A stretch of DNA of 46,380 nucleotides from Octopus bimaculoides (GCF_001194135.2 NC_068985.1:52165049-52211428); one strand, 5' to 3'; numbered from the stretch's first letter, positions 12,022 to 24,937 are shown. Numbers and translations are program-made. Notes: generated from the sequence alone by a model not told the origin.

Positions 12022-12265
12022 GGGTTCGAATCTCATGGAAGCGAACATCTTTCATCCATCCAGGGTCAACAAAATAAATTAGCATTCAAATACTAAGGCC
12101 GATGTATTCGACTTACCCCTCCCCTCAAAACTGCTCGCCTGGTGTCGAGATTATAAAGAATTATTTTTATCAAAGTAGCTAGCTGGCAGAACCATTAAAG
12201 CGTCAGACAAAGTTCCTAGCAGTATTTCTTCCGACTCATTACGTTTTGAGTTCAAATTCATCCTC
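12022..12265 (+). mobile_element. Two degenerate SINE family B fragments (3' part, then a 5' head)
   Basis: CTTTCATCCATCCAGGGTCAACAAAATAAA...GATGTATTCGACTT, followed by AGCTGGCAGAACCATTAAAGCGTCAGAC...TTACGTTTTGAGTTCAAATT. Confidence 0.65.
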
Positions 12266-12299
12266 TACGCAAGTGATATTTTTGTTGCTGTTCATGTCG

Positions 12300-12545
12300 T
12301 TGTGACTAATCATTACCAAGTAATCATTACCACTGACAGCAGCACCGTCATTCTTATCATCATCATCATCATAATCATCAACCACCACCAGCAGCACAAC
12401 CACTACTATTATCATCGCTATTATCATTATCGTCATCACTACCACTATCACCACCACCACCACCACAATCATCATCATCATCATCATCATCATCATTACT
12501 GCCATCATCATTATCTTCATTGTTATCGTCATCGTTGCCTTCATT
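12300..12545. repeat. Degenerate (CAT)/(CAC) trinucleotide microsatellite
   Basis: Visible repeat runs; source of the poly-H/M/V ORFs. Confidence 0.9.
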
Positions 12546-13371
12546 ATTTTATTTTATTTCATTTCAATATGGCGTTACTGTCTGTTGAATTTTGTTGTAA
12601 CCATTAAAATATTTAGAGTAATTCACAGTCGCTCGTTAGAAGCACCAGATAAACCTAACTCGGTAATGAAGCGAAAACAAAAACATGCTTGTTTTGTTAT
12701 CATCTGTTATAGCCATAACAAGCACTATTTGAACTTTCATCTTTGTTTCCTCCACTGATTGCTTGGCTTCATCTTTCAATCTGTCTATCAAACGTTAGGA
12801 TTATTAATCTATTTTAGGCGTTTCAGTGGAAGAAACTGTAGCTAAATGACTGTCCTACAATATTTGCTTGCTTCCTTCTAAGCACTTCGGGCAAATCCAA
12901 TTTTAAAGCCATTTTGCTTTTTGTTTGCAAACGTCGATAAAGACATGTACCAGTCATTTAGGAACGTTTCACATTTTTATTATATTTCGCTTTTATAATT
13001 CGAAACTTTATTTCAAAAGATAAAACCAACACATACACACATACACATAGGCACGTGCACGGGCGCCTATATTTTATACCTAACAGCGTGAATCAGAAGT
13101 ACTGAAATATATTTGAATATTAGAGAGACTTAGTTGTGATAACGGGTTATAAGAACGTAAATACATCACTTCTATGCTTTTGCTGAGCTGGAAAAGGAGA
13201 AGTCTCTTGCTGTATTGTTTCACGATCTGTTACCACTCCTCAAAGTTAACATACCCAATCTTCTTCCCCAATCGATGGTATAGAATATTTAGCTATCATT
13301 TAAAGTAGTCAAGAATCAAGCTTTTATTGTGTTGGATATATATGAGTATGTTTCAGTGATGTTCCATTAAC

Positions 13372-13610
13372 GTGCAGAACACAATGGGAAGATTTTCTTG
13401 CGAGATCAATTGTCTCAGTCTTGGTAAACAATTTAGTGCATGCTGGCAGCTACCTTCTTATGAGTCAAGTAACACCACGTCACAATCTGCAAATATCAGC
13501 CGCTCGGTCCCACACCCACCGATTGTGACACTACTTCCACAACATTACGCGTGTCAACCCAGCTCATAAAATTTATGAAAAGAGGAGGTGACAATAGGCA
13601 CCCCTGCTGT
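13372..13610 (-). mobile_element. RTE-clade LINE internal fragment, same family as 7505-8375
   Basis: Reverse complement TGTTGTGGAAGTAGTGTCACAATCGGTGGG...GGCTGATATTTGCAGA...CAAGAAAATCTTCCCA aligns with 7575-7770. Confidence 0.75.
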
Positions 13611-13644
13611 AGTCTGTCTGTCTGTCTGTCTGTCTTTATATCTA

Positions 13645-14158
13645 CGAAGGGCGTTCATTAAAGATTTTCCCTGACTCACTTCCTAAGGGCTGGGATAAAC
13701 GAAACTTGGCATAATTATTAGCCTTCTCTACACAACCATCACCAATGATGACAGACTTCTCCCATCACTTTATGCACCTGTGAAGACCTCGCCTGTAGAA
13801 GTCGGTGTGTTGCGTTTAGAGCTAAGACTCCTCAGAAATAAGATCATCATCCGAAAAGTGCTTCTCCTTAAAAAAAGACTTCATGGTTGGAAAGAGGTGG
13901 AAGTCAGATGGTGCGAGGTCGGGAGAGTAAGGGGGATGAGGAAGGATTTCATAGTCACGTGAGTGTGCTTTCATCAGGCAACATGCGCATTGTGAACTGG
14001 GCTGTTGTCTTGGAGGAAGCAGACTCCTCTGGTTAGCATGCTACGCCTCTGTTTTGATGGCGTCCCGCAATTTCTACAGCAGAGAAGCATGCTTTGCTCC
14101 GTTAATTGTGGTGCTCTTTGCCAGAAAATACATCATCGCTAATCCACGCTGATCCCAA
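13645..14158 (-). mobile_element. Mariner transposon 3' fragment with terminal inverted repeat
   Basis: TA|CGAAGGGCGTTCATTAAAG terminus at 13643-13663. The minus strand encodes WDQRGLAMMYFLAKSTTING, CFLQDNSPVH and ILPHPPYSPDLAPSDFHLFPTMK (second and third catalytic Asp motifs). Confidence 0.9.
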
Positions 14159-17100
14159 AATTGAAGTTAGGTATTAAATTGCAATGAGTTGCTAAGAGCA
14201 AAGCATATCTAACTCTTAAGGACCACATAGAAGTTTCCTCAGATTTTAAATTTTAGTTAATGAGCTCAGCTATTACAGAAATAAGATTAATCGACTAAAA
14301 CACCATTATTCTCTCTTTCACTCGACATTATTTAATCAGCGTGTCTGATCAACACATTGATCTAATACGTCAGAAAAACAGTGGTTTATTCTCACTTCCT
14401 TGTAAAACATGTCTTAAGTACCACAGCTATGGAAAATTCCTAGAGTACCTTCATTGAACCAAGACAGTGGTATTCTTCAAGTGCCAAGTCTTGTTATTAT
14501 TCAATATTTTTCAATGACCAATGATAATAGAAAAGCAGCGTCCATGACTTTTTCAGGGTCTTCGAGAGTCTAGTAAGAGTAAAGTTATCTTTAGATCAGG
14601 AACCTGACCCAAAAGTTTGCAACAGAATGGGCTCCGTGAATTACACCCAAGGATCAAGTGGTAGTATAAAAACAAACGACGGATTAAGTCTGACTCCAAG
14701 ATTAAGTCTGACTCCCAATAACCTCTCTGATGGGATTCCATACAGCTTCCCACTATTAAATTCACTAGCAAACATTTGAGCAACCTACAACTATGGTTGC
14801 TCAATGAGACTGTACTCTCAATTATGTACTTGCCAAGCAAATTTCTTAACCACACAGCTATGTCTACACCCACGAGGGTCAAATATTTGGATTCAATTCT
14901 AATTGAGAAGTATCATATTTCTGATAAGTTATTCCTAAAACCTCAAGGTTGGATAATGTCAAAAGTTGTATTTATATTTTGCTGTATCTTGGGAAGGTTT
15001 TTATACTAATAATAAACACATACGCATTGCATGTATTTTATTGGCATAATGAACTTCCCAACATATAAAAGAATCTATTTCAACACACGATTTCATATCA
15101 AGAATCCTGCAAGCCAAATAGAATTTCGATTTATATCACTAGTTTTATATCCCTCACGATAAAATTTATCATTTATAGCTATTATTTCCAGTAACAGCGT
15201 GTAGAATTTTCCCATCAAAAATTCATGGTTATTTTGAGCATTTTTCAACATGAGCTTTACAGCAATTTCAACTAAATCGAGAGCAATAAGACAGCTCTGA
15301 ATATTTACTAAACATGATCAGTTGTCTTTCAGATTTTGAACTCCGCTGAAGCTTATTCTGTGTGAAACTACTCTATTTATCACTAGTGACTCGTAATTCT
15401 TTCTTTGAAAATTTAATATTCAACTATATAGCACAGAAACAAAGCCTACAGTTTATTTTTAAAATATACTCGGTCCATTTTATGTCCTCAATAAATAAGT
15501 AGTTAATTGGTACTAAATTATATTTGCATCTGATGATATTTATCCAAAAAATGATACATATTTAAACTGTTAGTTATTTAGCAAAGGTTACTAAGGAATG
15601 GTCGGTCGACACTATTAGTAAATAAATAGTTTCCTCTAATGTAAAATCCTAGAATGTCTTACAAATTTTTAAAACTTTAAATATCTCCCGCTTCAGTATC
15701 ATGTTTTGGTGCAGTGTTCTAATCTTGAAGGTTCTTATCTGAAACAAAATATTAGTTGATCCCGTATTTCTCTACATAATAGATAGCACCTGTTACAGTA
15801 GGTATAATGTGGAAATCTAATAGTTTGATTTCCTAAAACGTAACACATCGTCTATTTTGTTTGCCTTTTTTTTTTCAAATAAGAAACTTTCTGATAACTT
15901 AATCAGTTTATATATATATATATCTTTAACCGGTCGTTTTATGGCTACTTATCGAATGAGACATCTTGTAACAGTTTATACGAAACCTACTTTATTGGAA
16001 TGTCCAGAGAAAATGTGTGTGAAAGCTTCAAAATAATTAAAAGTGAATAGTTGACAAATCCCTTATGAAGAGAAGAATTCACAAAATTTTGCTTGCTACT
16101 CATTTCACTATTGAATTTCTTTTTCACAGAGCTATTAATGTTTGACAAAAGCGAACAGGCATGCTAGGATCCCGAAATTTCTCATCTAAATCCACGAATA
16201 GGTTGTAACCTCACACTTTGAAAAACATCAAAAGTCTGAAGAACAGAGAAACATATTTAAGATCGTTAAATTTTGCTCAAATTACCTCTAGTAGACTTGT
16301 TCTGATTTATGTCAAAAAGAAAGAAAAAATTATATATTTCCGTTGTAATGTTTCGAATATTATTATTAGATTTGTCTTTCATCACTTCTGCTGCTAATAG
16401 GCTTTGCCTTTCGCAGCACAAACAACATTACACCGCTTGATAGTGTTATTCTATATTAAGTGACTGACTAATATTTCTGGCTTGTCATTATTCTAACATA
16501 AGGATTCCCAGACTTTTCAATCTGTCGACCTCATCACAGACTTACAGAGACTTCATCAAGCCATAATCACACGCTCAGTAAGATAGAATAGTAAACTCGG
16601 AGTTTTGTGGAATGTATTCAAACGAGAGACAATGTGACTTTGTACACTAAGAAGTTCATTATATTCGCAATGCTATTGTTATCATCGATAAAGTAAGATA
16701 TGTGAGCACTCCAAATATTGACATCGTCTATTGTTAGAAATCAAAAGATCATATACCTTACAATGTCAAAAAAAAAAAATAATAAATAAAAATAATAACG
16801 AACCATATTGATAACGATGTAAAAAGTATCCCCAAAACATGATCTAGAAATGTTTATAATTCGAAACTTCGGTAGATAATACTTCATCGCTGCTAAAAAA
16901 TTTATAAGACTGATTTCATGAATGCGAACATTGCAAAAATCTTCTTTTAAGTTTACTCCAGTGAACTCATGGGTTGCCAGATGCGCTTCATCTCTCGACT
17001 ATTCGCGAAAATATAAGGTATCTTATTTTTCGAATTTCTAGTGTGATGGTATCTGAATAAAAGCTGAATGCTGTAGAATAAACTATTGCTGGGGCAAACT

Positions 17101-17270
17101 AATTTATCAATTCTTTATCTATAAACAATAAGACTTTACTAGGTAGAGCGTACTGACTATTAAAAATATAGGTTTCAAGAATCATTGAGCAAAAATAAAA
17201 GATCTGGTAAATTACTTTACGAACATAGAAGATATGATTTTTTTTAAATGTAACATAATAAAATAATATA

Positions 17271-18537
17271 TTAGGTCATCCCATAAATAATGCGGTTTTT
17301 TCAATTGCATGAATTAAAAGTCGGAGCGGGATGGGATAAATCACTTGTATCAAATTGCTATAAAAGCAGGTAGTAATTTCACCTTCCACTTATTCATAGT
17401 GCAAGTTTTGAAGAGTGCAGTTATTTTTTCAAAACTATAATGGAAGTGATAAAGGCGCATATTCGGCATATTTTGCTCTATGAGTTCAATAAAGGCAACA
17501 ACGCAACGGAAAGTGCGAGGAATATGTAGTATATGGGGATCGAACAATAAGCGAAAGCCTGTGTCAACGGTAGTTCCAGAAATTCCGAACCGGAAACTAC
17601 AGCCTAGAAGACGTGCATCGTCCTGGAAAATCTGTAGAGCTTGACGAGGACGTCCTGTAAACCCTGGTAGAACAAAATTCCATTGTAACTGTTGAGGAAC
17701 TAGAAGAGGAGCTTGGATTTGGTCATTCAACCATTCATCGACACCTGCATGCCACCGGAAAAGCCAGCAAATTGGATCAATGTGTTCCTCACAAACTTTC
17801 CGAGTCTACTCGCGCGCAGTGATGAATGTGTGCTTTTTACTGTCATATCTCACGAATGAAACTTTTTTTGGACCGAATAGTGACTGATGACGAGAAATGG
17901 GTTCTCTTTGAAAATGTCAAGCGCCGAAGACAGTGGGTAGGGAAAGGAGAAACTGGCACCCCAGGCTAAAGAATATCTTCACCCACGTAAGTTGTTGTTA
18001 ACTGTTTGGTGGGATATGAAAGGTTTAGTCCACTTTGAACTTTTGAACCCAGACTAAACGATAACAAAGGAGATCTGCTTCGAACAGCTTGATCGGCTCA
18101 ATTCAGCGCTAGAAGCAAAACGACCATCTTTGGCATCAAGACAAGAGGTGTTCTTCCATCAGGATAATGCTCGGCCACATACAGCAGGGATGACATGCAA
18201 AACGCTGGAACAGTTTGAATGGGAAACGATGTCCCACCCACCATATTCGCCGGACATTGCCTCATCTAATTATCATTTATTCCGAAGTTTTCAAAATCAT
18301 TTAGACGGCAAAAATACGAATTCTGTAGACGAGGTCACAACAATGCTGGGAGCGGGGAGTATTTTTCATAACGGGCAAGTGAATTTTGGAAGAGGGGCCT
18401 TGCAAATGTACCAGATAGATGGAAGAGCATTGTATAAAATGAAAGAGAGTATATTTTATATTAGAAAAGAACTTTGTTTATCTTAATTTTGAAAAATAAA
18501 AGTATAAAAAAACTGCATTATTTATGGGATGACCCAA
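17271..18537 (+). mobile_element. Full-length (1267 bp) decayed mariner transposon with 31-bp TIRs and TA target duplication
   Basis: Left TIR TTAGGTCATCCCATAAATAATGCGGTTTTTT (17271-17301) matches the reverse complement of 18507-18537 at 29/31. TA at 17269-70 and 18538-39. Confidence 0.97.
17440..18463 (+). pseudogene. Mariner (D,D34D-type) transposase pseudogene
   Basis: MEVIKAHIRHILLYEFNKGNNATESARN, QCVPHKL (WVPHEL-like), IVTDDEKWVLFEN, LLTVWWDMKG, FHQDNARPH and HPPYSPDIASSNYHLF; stops and frameshifts throughout. Confidence 0.95.
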
Positions 18538-18589
18538 TATCTTAATTAAAGATGCTTACAGTCTATAATAAAAGAGTAGTACAAATATT

Positions 18590-18803
18590 GATTTCAAACT
18601 TTGGTACAAAGCCAGCAATTACGTGGAAGGGGTTAAGTCGATTACATCGACCTCAGTGCTCAACTGGTACTTATTTTATGGATCCCGAAGAGTCAACAGT
18701 AAAAGTTGACCACCATAGAATTTGAACTCAGAACGTAAAGGTGGAAGAAATGTTGTTAGGAATTGTGCCCGGCGCGCTAACGACTCTGCCAGCTCACTGC
18801 CTT
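18590..18803 (-). mobile_element. SINE family B, full-length, with an 18-bp target site duplication
   Basis: Head AAGGCAGTGAGCTGGCAGAGTCGTTAGCGCG. Flanks AAGAGTAGTACAAATATT (18572-18589) and AAGAGTTGTACAAATATT (18807-18824) differ by 1 mismatch. Confidence 0.9.
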
Positions 18804-20194
18804 ATCAAGAGTTGTACAAATATTAGTATAAACATTTCTAAGCATAACTCTTAGGCGACCACGTTCAGCAATATTATCTTTACTTCTCAACCTGAGAATG
18901 TCTCTTTATAATTAAAGCTTGTTTAAGAATATAGCAATTCTGAAATTCGAGTCAGAAACAGTTTCCTGTTTCGGATATTTGGTTGCAACGTTTTCATTGT
19001 TTTAGAAATTACCAAACCCTTTACATTTGCCTCAAGATCAACGTTAGTCCAAATATCTGCATTTTCTGCATTTTCTATTTCATCACTGAATAGAGAAATA
19101 ATCCAGTCAAAAGTTGTATATTTTCGAGATACACAGAAGGAAGAGTAAAATTCTGTTTTAAAATGTTAAGGTGTTTTGGTATAGATAAGAATGTCGTTAA
19201 CTGAAATATATTCAACTACTTCTTGTTTCAGTCGTAGCAAGTTCGAGAAACATTGAAAATTCCTGAGATATTATTACGATTTATATAAGCCAAACTTCAT
19301 TAGGAAGCTGGAGTTTGAATTATACATAGCTGGCCGAAAATGACAAAGTATAAACATGCAGTTGGTTCAATAATCGAAGTAACCAAATTATGTTCACAGA
19401 TCGCAATATTTAGTGAGACTTCGTGATTTCTGGTACAGCCTGTATTATATTGCCTTTGCAATTGTTGTTGCATTTCATTAATAATTCATTTAGTTAAATT
19501 ACACGTTCACTGTTTATTCTTGGGTCACTGATCCACTTTACTAAGGAACCACAGTTTACTTCAAAAGTTCAACTAACATCTCTTTAGGAAAACCACATTA
19601 CTCCAGTATGAAAAAAATGAAACTGTTTGCAAACAGTCGAGAATTGAATGGATTTGCTTTTGTCTTCTCTAAAGACTTGATACATATTTTTACATTTACA
19701 GCAGCATGAAATGTCTAAACGAGTTTAAAACCACAAGATATTGTCTGTATACACAAAACAAAGCGCACTGTACATACAAAAGAAGTTGTTTTCTCTCTCT
19801 AAAAAACCTGTAAAATCTCCGATACCTACCAAGTGCAACTATCGCATGTAACTAAATTAATATTACTAAGAGAAATAGTATATAATCTACGAAACAAGAA
19901 TATTGTTTAAACCTTCGAGTTTGCCTTACAATACTTGACAGAGATTAATCAACAGTGCATTTTTTTTTTACAAAGGTTGCTATACTATACATGCGCACTG
20001 GAAACATTAAAACTTCCAACCGCTGATTGTGATGAAGGAGGAAGAGTTACAATATTCATGTTGGGAAGTTAGCATGTTTAAATTTCTTTTAGTATATTAT
20101 CAATACAGTGCTGTACTCTGTTATTATTCAGAGAAATAATCGTTAAGATAGGTTTTGTGTAATTTTTCATAGCAGTTTATATAACTTCTTTTAC

Positions 20195-20335
20195 TCTAGT
20201 ATGGAACTGGTACTGGTATGGAAAAGGTACAGGAGCTGAGGATCATTATGGAAGATCGAGATGAATGGGGAAAACGTGTGGAAACAGTCTCGGGGCGTCC
20301 TGTGGGACGACCTACAAAGATAGATTTACTGATGT
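20195..20335 (+). mobile_element. Possible RTE/RTE-X LINE extreme 3' fragment
   Basis: Translates ...TGMEKVQELRIIMEDRDEWGKRV, resembling the M.DR..W..V C-terminal motif of RTE-type ORFs; short. Confidence 0.4.
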
Positions 20336-20439
20336 GATAGTATCCTCTTCAATCATGTGCAGTATTCCTTTTACTATATTAACGGAGATATTGTAAGATC
20401 AGCATAAGATGACTGTGTGATAAATAATATTAAGGTTGG

Positions 20440-20650
20440 ACGTTCTCCAAATATTTTGTGAATGGATTAAAACTAAAGGTATGCTCTCATAAAGGGGTTT
20501 CAATTTCGAAGGCTTCGTTGCATCGCTTCTGATTGATTGTTCACAAAACAAACACATCGTTACTGTCTCATTAACAATCCAATTAATGGAGCCAATTTTT
20601 GGATAGTCCTGTAAATTTTGTCGACATATTTTAGCACCGAGAGCTGACAT
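20440..20650 (-). pseudogene. hAT (Charlie/Buster-like) transposase N-terminal remnant
   Basis: KICRQNLQDYPKIGSI...MCLFCEQSIRSDATKPSKLK matches the R.Y...YL.FGF...P.C..C...LSN..MKPSKLK N-terminal motif of this group. No TIR found. Confidence 0.6.
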
Positions 20651-21002
20651 ACATTAAAGTGAACGCTATAAAATCATAATTCTGTCATATCAATGTAGAA
20701 ATACATAAACTGATCACTTCAATTTTGTCGTAATAAAACTTAACTTATATAAATATATAAACATAGTTCCATTATACTATAACACATACTTAATGTACGA
20801 TTTGCCGACTTTTGCCTAATAAACAACACATAATGACTTAAACTCTAGGCAAAACCGAAATCCATTTCTGTGAAGGTAGGTAATTAACTGAAAATAAGTT
20901 AAGTTCTTGACAATGTAATACTTACGCATATATACATAATAAGAGTGTTCTCAAAACAGCTGATATTGTTTTTGTTTATTTCTGTGCTTTCAAACGTGTG
21001 TG

Positions 21003-21055
<53 letters not shown>

Positions 21056-21924
21056 NNNNNNNNNNNNNNNNNNNNNNNNNNNNNNNNNNNNNNNNNNNNN
21101 NNNNNNNNNNNNNNNNNNNNNNNNNNNNNNNNNNNNNNNNNNNNNNNNNNNNNNNNNNNNNNNNNNNNNNNNNNNNNNNNNNNNNNNNNNNNNNNNNNNN
21201 NNNNNNNNNNNNNNNNNNNNNNNNNNNNNNNNNNNNNNNNNNNNNNNNNNNNNNNNNNNNNNNNNNNNNNNNNNNNNNNNNNNNNNNNNNNNNNNNNNNN
21301 NNNNNNNNNNNNNNNNNNNNNNNNNNNNNNNNNNNNNNNNNNNNNNNNNNNNNNNNNNNNNNNNNNNNNNNNNNNNNNNNNNNNNNNNNNNNNNNNNNNN
21401 NNNNNNNNNNNNNNNNNNNNNNNNNNNNNNNNNNNNNNNNNNNNNNNNNNNNNNNNNNNNNNNNNNNNNNNNNNNNNNNNNNNNNNNNNNNNNNNNNNNN
21501 NNNNNNNNNNNNNNNNNNNNNNNNNNNNNNNNNNNNNNNNNNNNNNNNNNNNNNNNNNNNNNNNNNNNNNNNNNNNNNNNNNNNNNNNNNNNNNNNNNNN
21601 NNNNNNNNNNNNNNNNNNNNNNNNNNNNNNNNNNNNNNNNNNNNNNNNNNNNNNNNNNNNNNNNNNNNNNNNNNNNNNNNNNNNNNNNNNNNNNNNNNNN
21701 NNNNNNNNNNNNNNNNNNNNNNNNNNNNNNNNNNNNNNNNNNNNNNNNNNNNNNNNNNNNNNNNNNNNNNNNNNNNNNNNNNNNNNNNNNNNNNNNNNNN
21801 NNNNNNNNNNNNNNNNNNNNNNNNNNNNNNNNNNNNNNNNNNNNNNNNNNNNNNNNNNNNNNNNNNNNNNNNNNNNNNNNNNNNNNNNNNNNNNNNNNNN
21901 NNNNNNNNNNNNNNNNNNNNNNNN

Positions 21925-22153
21925 GCGTTTGTTTATGAGAGAAACATCTAACCTCAACGCGGCCCCGGCAGAAGGTAATGGCGAACTTCTACTGACTCTT
22001 TCGCCACAACTTTCTTTCACTCTTTCCTCCTGCATCTAGCAGTTCACCTGTGACAGACTAGCGTCCCGTCCAGGTGGGGACCTATACGCTAATGAAACCG
22101 GGGAAGTGGCTCTTATGAGCCAGGCATGGCTCGAGAAGGAACAAACAACAACA
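21925..22153 (+). mobile_element. tRNA-derived SINE (head lost in gap): family C-type body with an alternative 3' half and (CAA)n tail
   Basis: ACGCGGCCCCGGCAGAAGGTAATGGCGAAC...CCACAACTTTCTTTCACTCTT is homologous to 43930-44000. It continues CTGTGACAGACTAGCGTCCCGTCCAGG...GGCTCGAGAAGGAACAAACAACAACAAC. Confidence 0.75.
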
Positions 22154-22197
22154 ACATATATGTGTGTGTGTATGTACATATATATATATATATATAT

Positions 22198-22236
<39 letters not shown>

Positions 22237-22902
22237 TAGACAGAGAGATTGACAGTTATGCTGTTGAATTATTGAAACATACTCTTCTCCGACTACACAT
22301 TCATGACACTGAAAAGCTAGCTCTTCTCGCTTTAATAGATTTCACTCATCACACAAAATAACGGATTATATAAGAAAAACATTTTATATTTTATATATCT
22401 AAAATTGAAATTTTCCACCCTTGAAAATTTTAAACCACTTACAATTTTTCGCCCCCCACTCTATTCACTCATAGCTATCGTTTTACTCTCAACACAGTTC
22501 CTTCATCCCTGGGGCTCTACAAGCTCTACTTTGGACAGCCTACTTCTAATATATTTATCACGTCGAACGCTTATCAGTTGTGTTGTTGATAGCTGCTACG
22601 ATTTTATCACATTCTAAAGACCATTTCTGTTAACTTCTGTCAGGATATGCAATCTTATATCCCAAATACAGTAAGAATTAACTGTTTGAACTTAAACTAA
22701 CTGATATAATAAATCCGACACCTTTATTAAAAGAAATGTTATCAAGCAATGCTTGTTATAAAATTGGTCAGAGATTTGAATTCGTTTAGTCTGAATCTCT
22801 ATAGAGTTGTTTTCATATGGCTCTTTGTGTTTCTTGTTTCACTAAATACCAATGTCTACACCTCTAGAGAAATATGCACGTCAGAATATCTTTTCTATTT
22901 TA

Positions 22903-23150
22903 TCTGTTACTCGTTTCAGTCACTGGACTGCGGCCATGCTGGAGCACCAATTTAAATGATTTACTCGCACAAATTGACCCCAGTACTTACTTTTTTAAAA
23001 ATTATTTTAAGTTTTGTTCTTATACTATCGGTCTGTTTTGCCGAACCGTTATGTTACTGAGACAAAGAAACCGACACCGTTTGTCAAGCAGTGGGGAGAA
23101 GGACAAACGCAGACACAAACGCAAACACACACACACACACACATGCACGT
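22903..23150 (-). mobile_element. SINE family A, 3' half
   Basis: GACTGCGGCCATGCTGGAGCACC...TTGACCCCAGTACTTA...GTCTGTTTTGCCGAACCG. Confidence 0.85.
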
Positions 23151-23430
23151 ACACACATACACACATGATATTAGTACTTTCGTATAAATTCAACGGTTAC
23201 TTTTCATTTGTAGAAAAAGACATGAGTATACAACAATTTTTAGTTTAAATATTTTAACCATTATTTCGCATTGAGAACTATGAAACATTTTTGACGTATG
23301 CCAAAAAACTGTGAACAGAATGTCTCGCGTCGGATAAAAGGCTTCGCAGTATTATAAACCAAACTAATAGCGTACGTACTTTTAACCCGCAATTCACATA
23401 TACTCTATTTTTTTCTGCATTATTATTATT

Positions 23431-23687
23431 CAGTAGTTTTATTTTAATAACGTGCTTTCACTTCACTACCGAGCGCAGCTCTGTGTGCCTTGGGTATGTG
23501 CTGTGGGTTGCTGAGATGCTCTTATGGTTACTGTATTGAAAGTGTTTTGCGTAGGGTGTGTGCAGTGCCCATGTTGTATATATTTGTAAGTCCTGGTGTT
23601 TTTGTTATGTATTTATTTGGATATTTTTTATCATAACTAATGCGCCTACTATGATAGGAATTGTTTCTGTTTTTATCATAGTAGGCA

Positions 23688-23690
<3 letters not shown>
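23431..23690 (-). mobile_element. R4/Dong-like LINE, short 5'-truncated copy flanked by (TTA)n
   Basis: Homologous to 42407-42668 (CAGTAG...ACGTGCTTTCA...ACCGAGCGC...ATGATAGGAATTGTTTCTGTT). Encodes GTAHTLRKTLSIQ*. Confidence 0.9.
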
Positions 23691-23727
<37 letters not shown>

Positions 23728-23930
23728 GAGTAAGAGAGCAACGCATGCCGCTGGGCTACAAATATACGAAGCCCAACATACCCATCATGACTACCTGCCT
23801 GATAAGGGTACATCAGGCACATGCATCACAACCATAAAGTAACTTGCTCAAGGACACAACACACCGCCGGGAATCGAACTCATGACCTTACGATTGTGGC
23901 CCTAATACCCCAACCACTAAGTCGCGCGCC
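23728..23930 (-). mobile_element. Internally deleted tRNA-derived SINE with (AAT)n tail
   Basis: Minus strand GGCGCGCGACTTAGTGGTTGGGG...GAGTTCGATTCCCGGCGG...GTCCTTGAGCAAG (A/B boxes plus a CORE-like start), ending CTCTCTTACTCAATAATAAT. Confidence 0.75.
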
Positions 23931-24565
23931 CATACATACATACATACATACATACATACATACATACATAAATACATACATGCATGCATGCATACATACA
24001 TAAAACAAACCGTACAAATCTTCACATACAAAAATACCCTGTTCATGTTGAAATTTCAATGAATGAGCCGTGGATTTAGGCTAGAAACCGGCTCTTTCGC
24101 TGTTGGCAAGAAACCTTGAAATAAAAGTGAATAATGACATACGTACATAGATACATACATACATACATACATACATACATACATAGATACATGAATACAT
24201 ACATCAAAAGTTTTGGGTTCAATTCTTGGATCAAGCAGCGCGTTTTATCATTGAGCAAAGCGCTTTAATTCAGGTTGATCCAGTCTACTCAGTTACAAAT
24301 GGGTACCAGTCGAGTGCTTGTACAGCTCTTTCTCAGTCTTTCTCTCTCCCTCTCTCTCTCTCACAGTCTCTCTGTCTCAAGGTGACTCGCTCAAGAGGTG
24401 CCGCTGGGTCAAAGGGGGAGGAGGGATGGTCGAGGGGATGTCTGTATCAGTTGGCGGCTACATAGACACAAAAATAATTAGCGAAAGCATGGTACATGTT
24501 AGTAAGTCATATTTGTCTGCGACTGATGGCTATGCTCTGCTGCATGTGAATGAGTAATATGTATG

Positions 24566-24613
<48 letters not shown>

Positions 24614-24672
24614 GATATATATACTTATATATATATATAAATATAAATGTATATGTACATACATATACGTAC

Positions 24673-24713
<41 letters not shown>

Positions 24714-24716
24714 AAA

Positions 24717-24872
24717 CAGGCTTCTTTTAGTTTTCGCCTACCAAATTCACTCACAAGCCTTTGGTCAGTTACAATAGAAGACACTTGCTCGAGGTGCCAC
24801 TCAGTGGGATTTAACTCCCCACCCCGAACCATGTTGCTTGGGAAGTAAGCTTCCTACCACACAACCACGCCT
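24717..24872 (-). mobile_element. SINE family A, 5' head
   Basis: AGGCGTGGTTGTGTGGTAGGAAGC...GGCACCTCGAGCAAGTGTCTTCTATTG...GTGAGTGAATTTGGTAGGCGAAAAC. Confidence 0.8.
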
Positions 24873-24900
24873 ATGTGTGTGTGTGTGTATATATAATATA

Positions 24901-24937
<37 letters not shown>

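Noticed and set aside
14682-14715. Tandem 16-mer GATTAAGTCTGACTCC (period 18) within ORF 14553-14882
   Set aside because: Simple local slippage duplication; the ORF has no recognisable domain and overlaps a degenerate SINE head.
16503-16577. Possible 75-nt exon (AG|GATTCC...CGCTCA|GTAAGA; DSQTFQSVDLITDLQRLHQAIITRS)
   Set aside because: Weak polypyrimidine tract, no recognisable protein and no partner exons. RNA-seq or spliced alignment would be needed.
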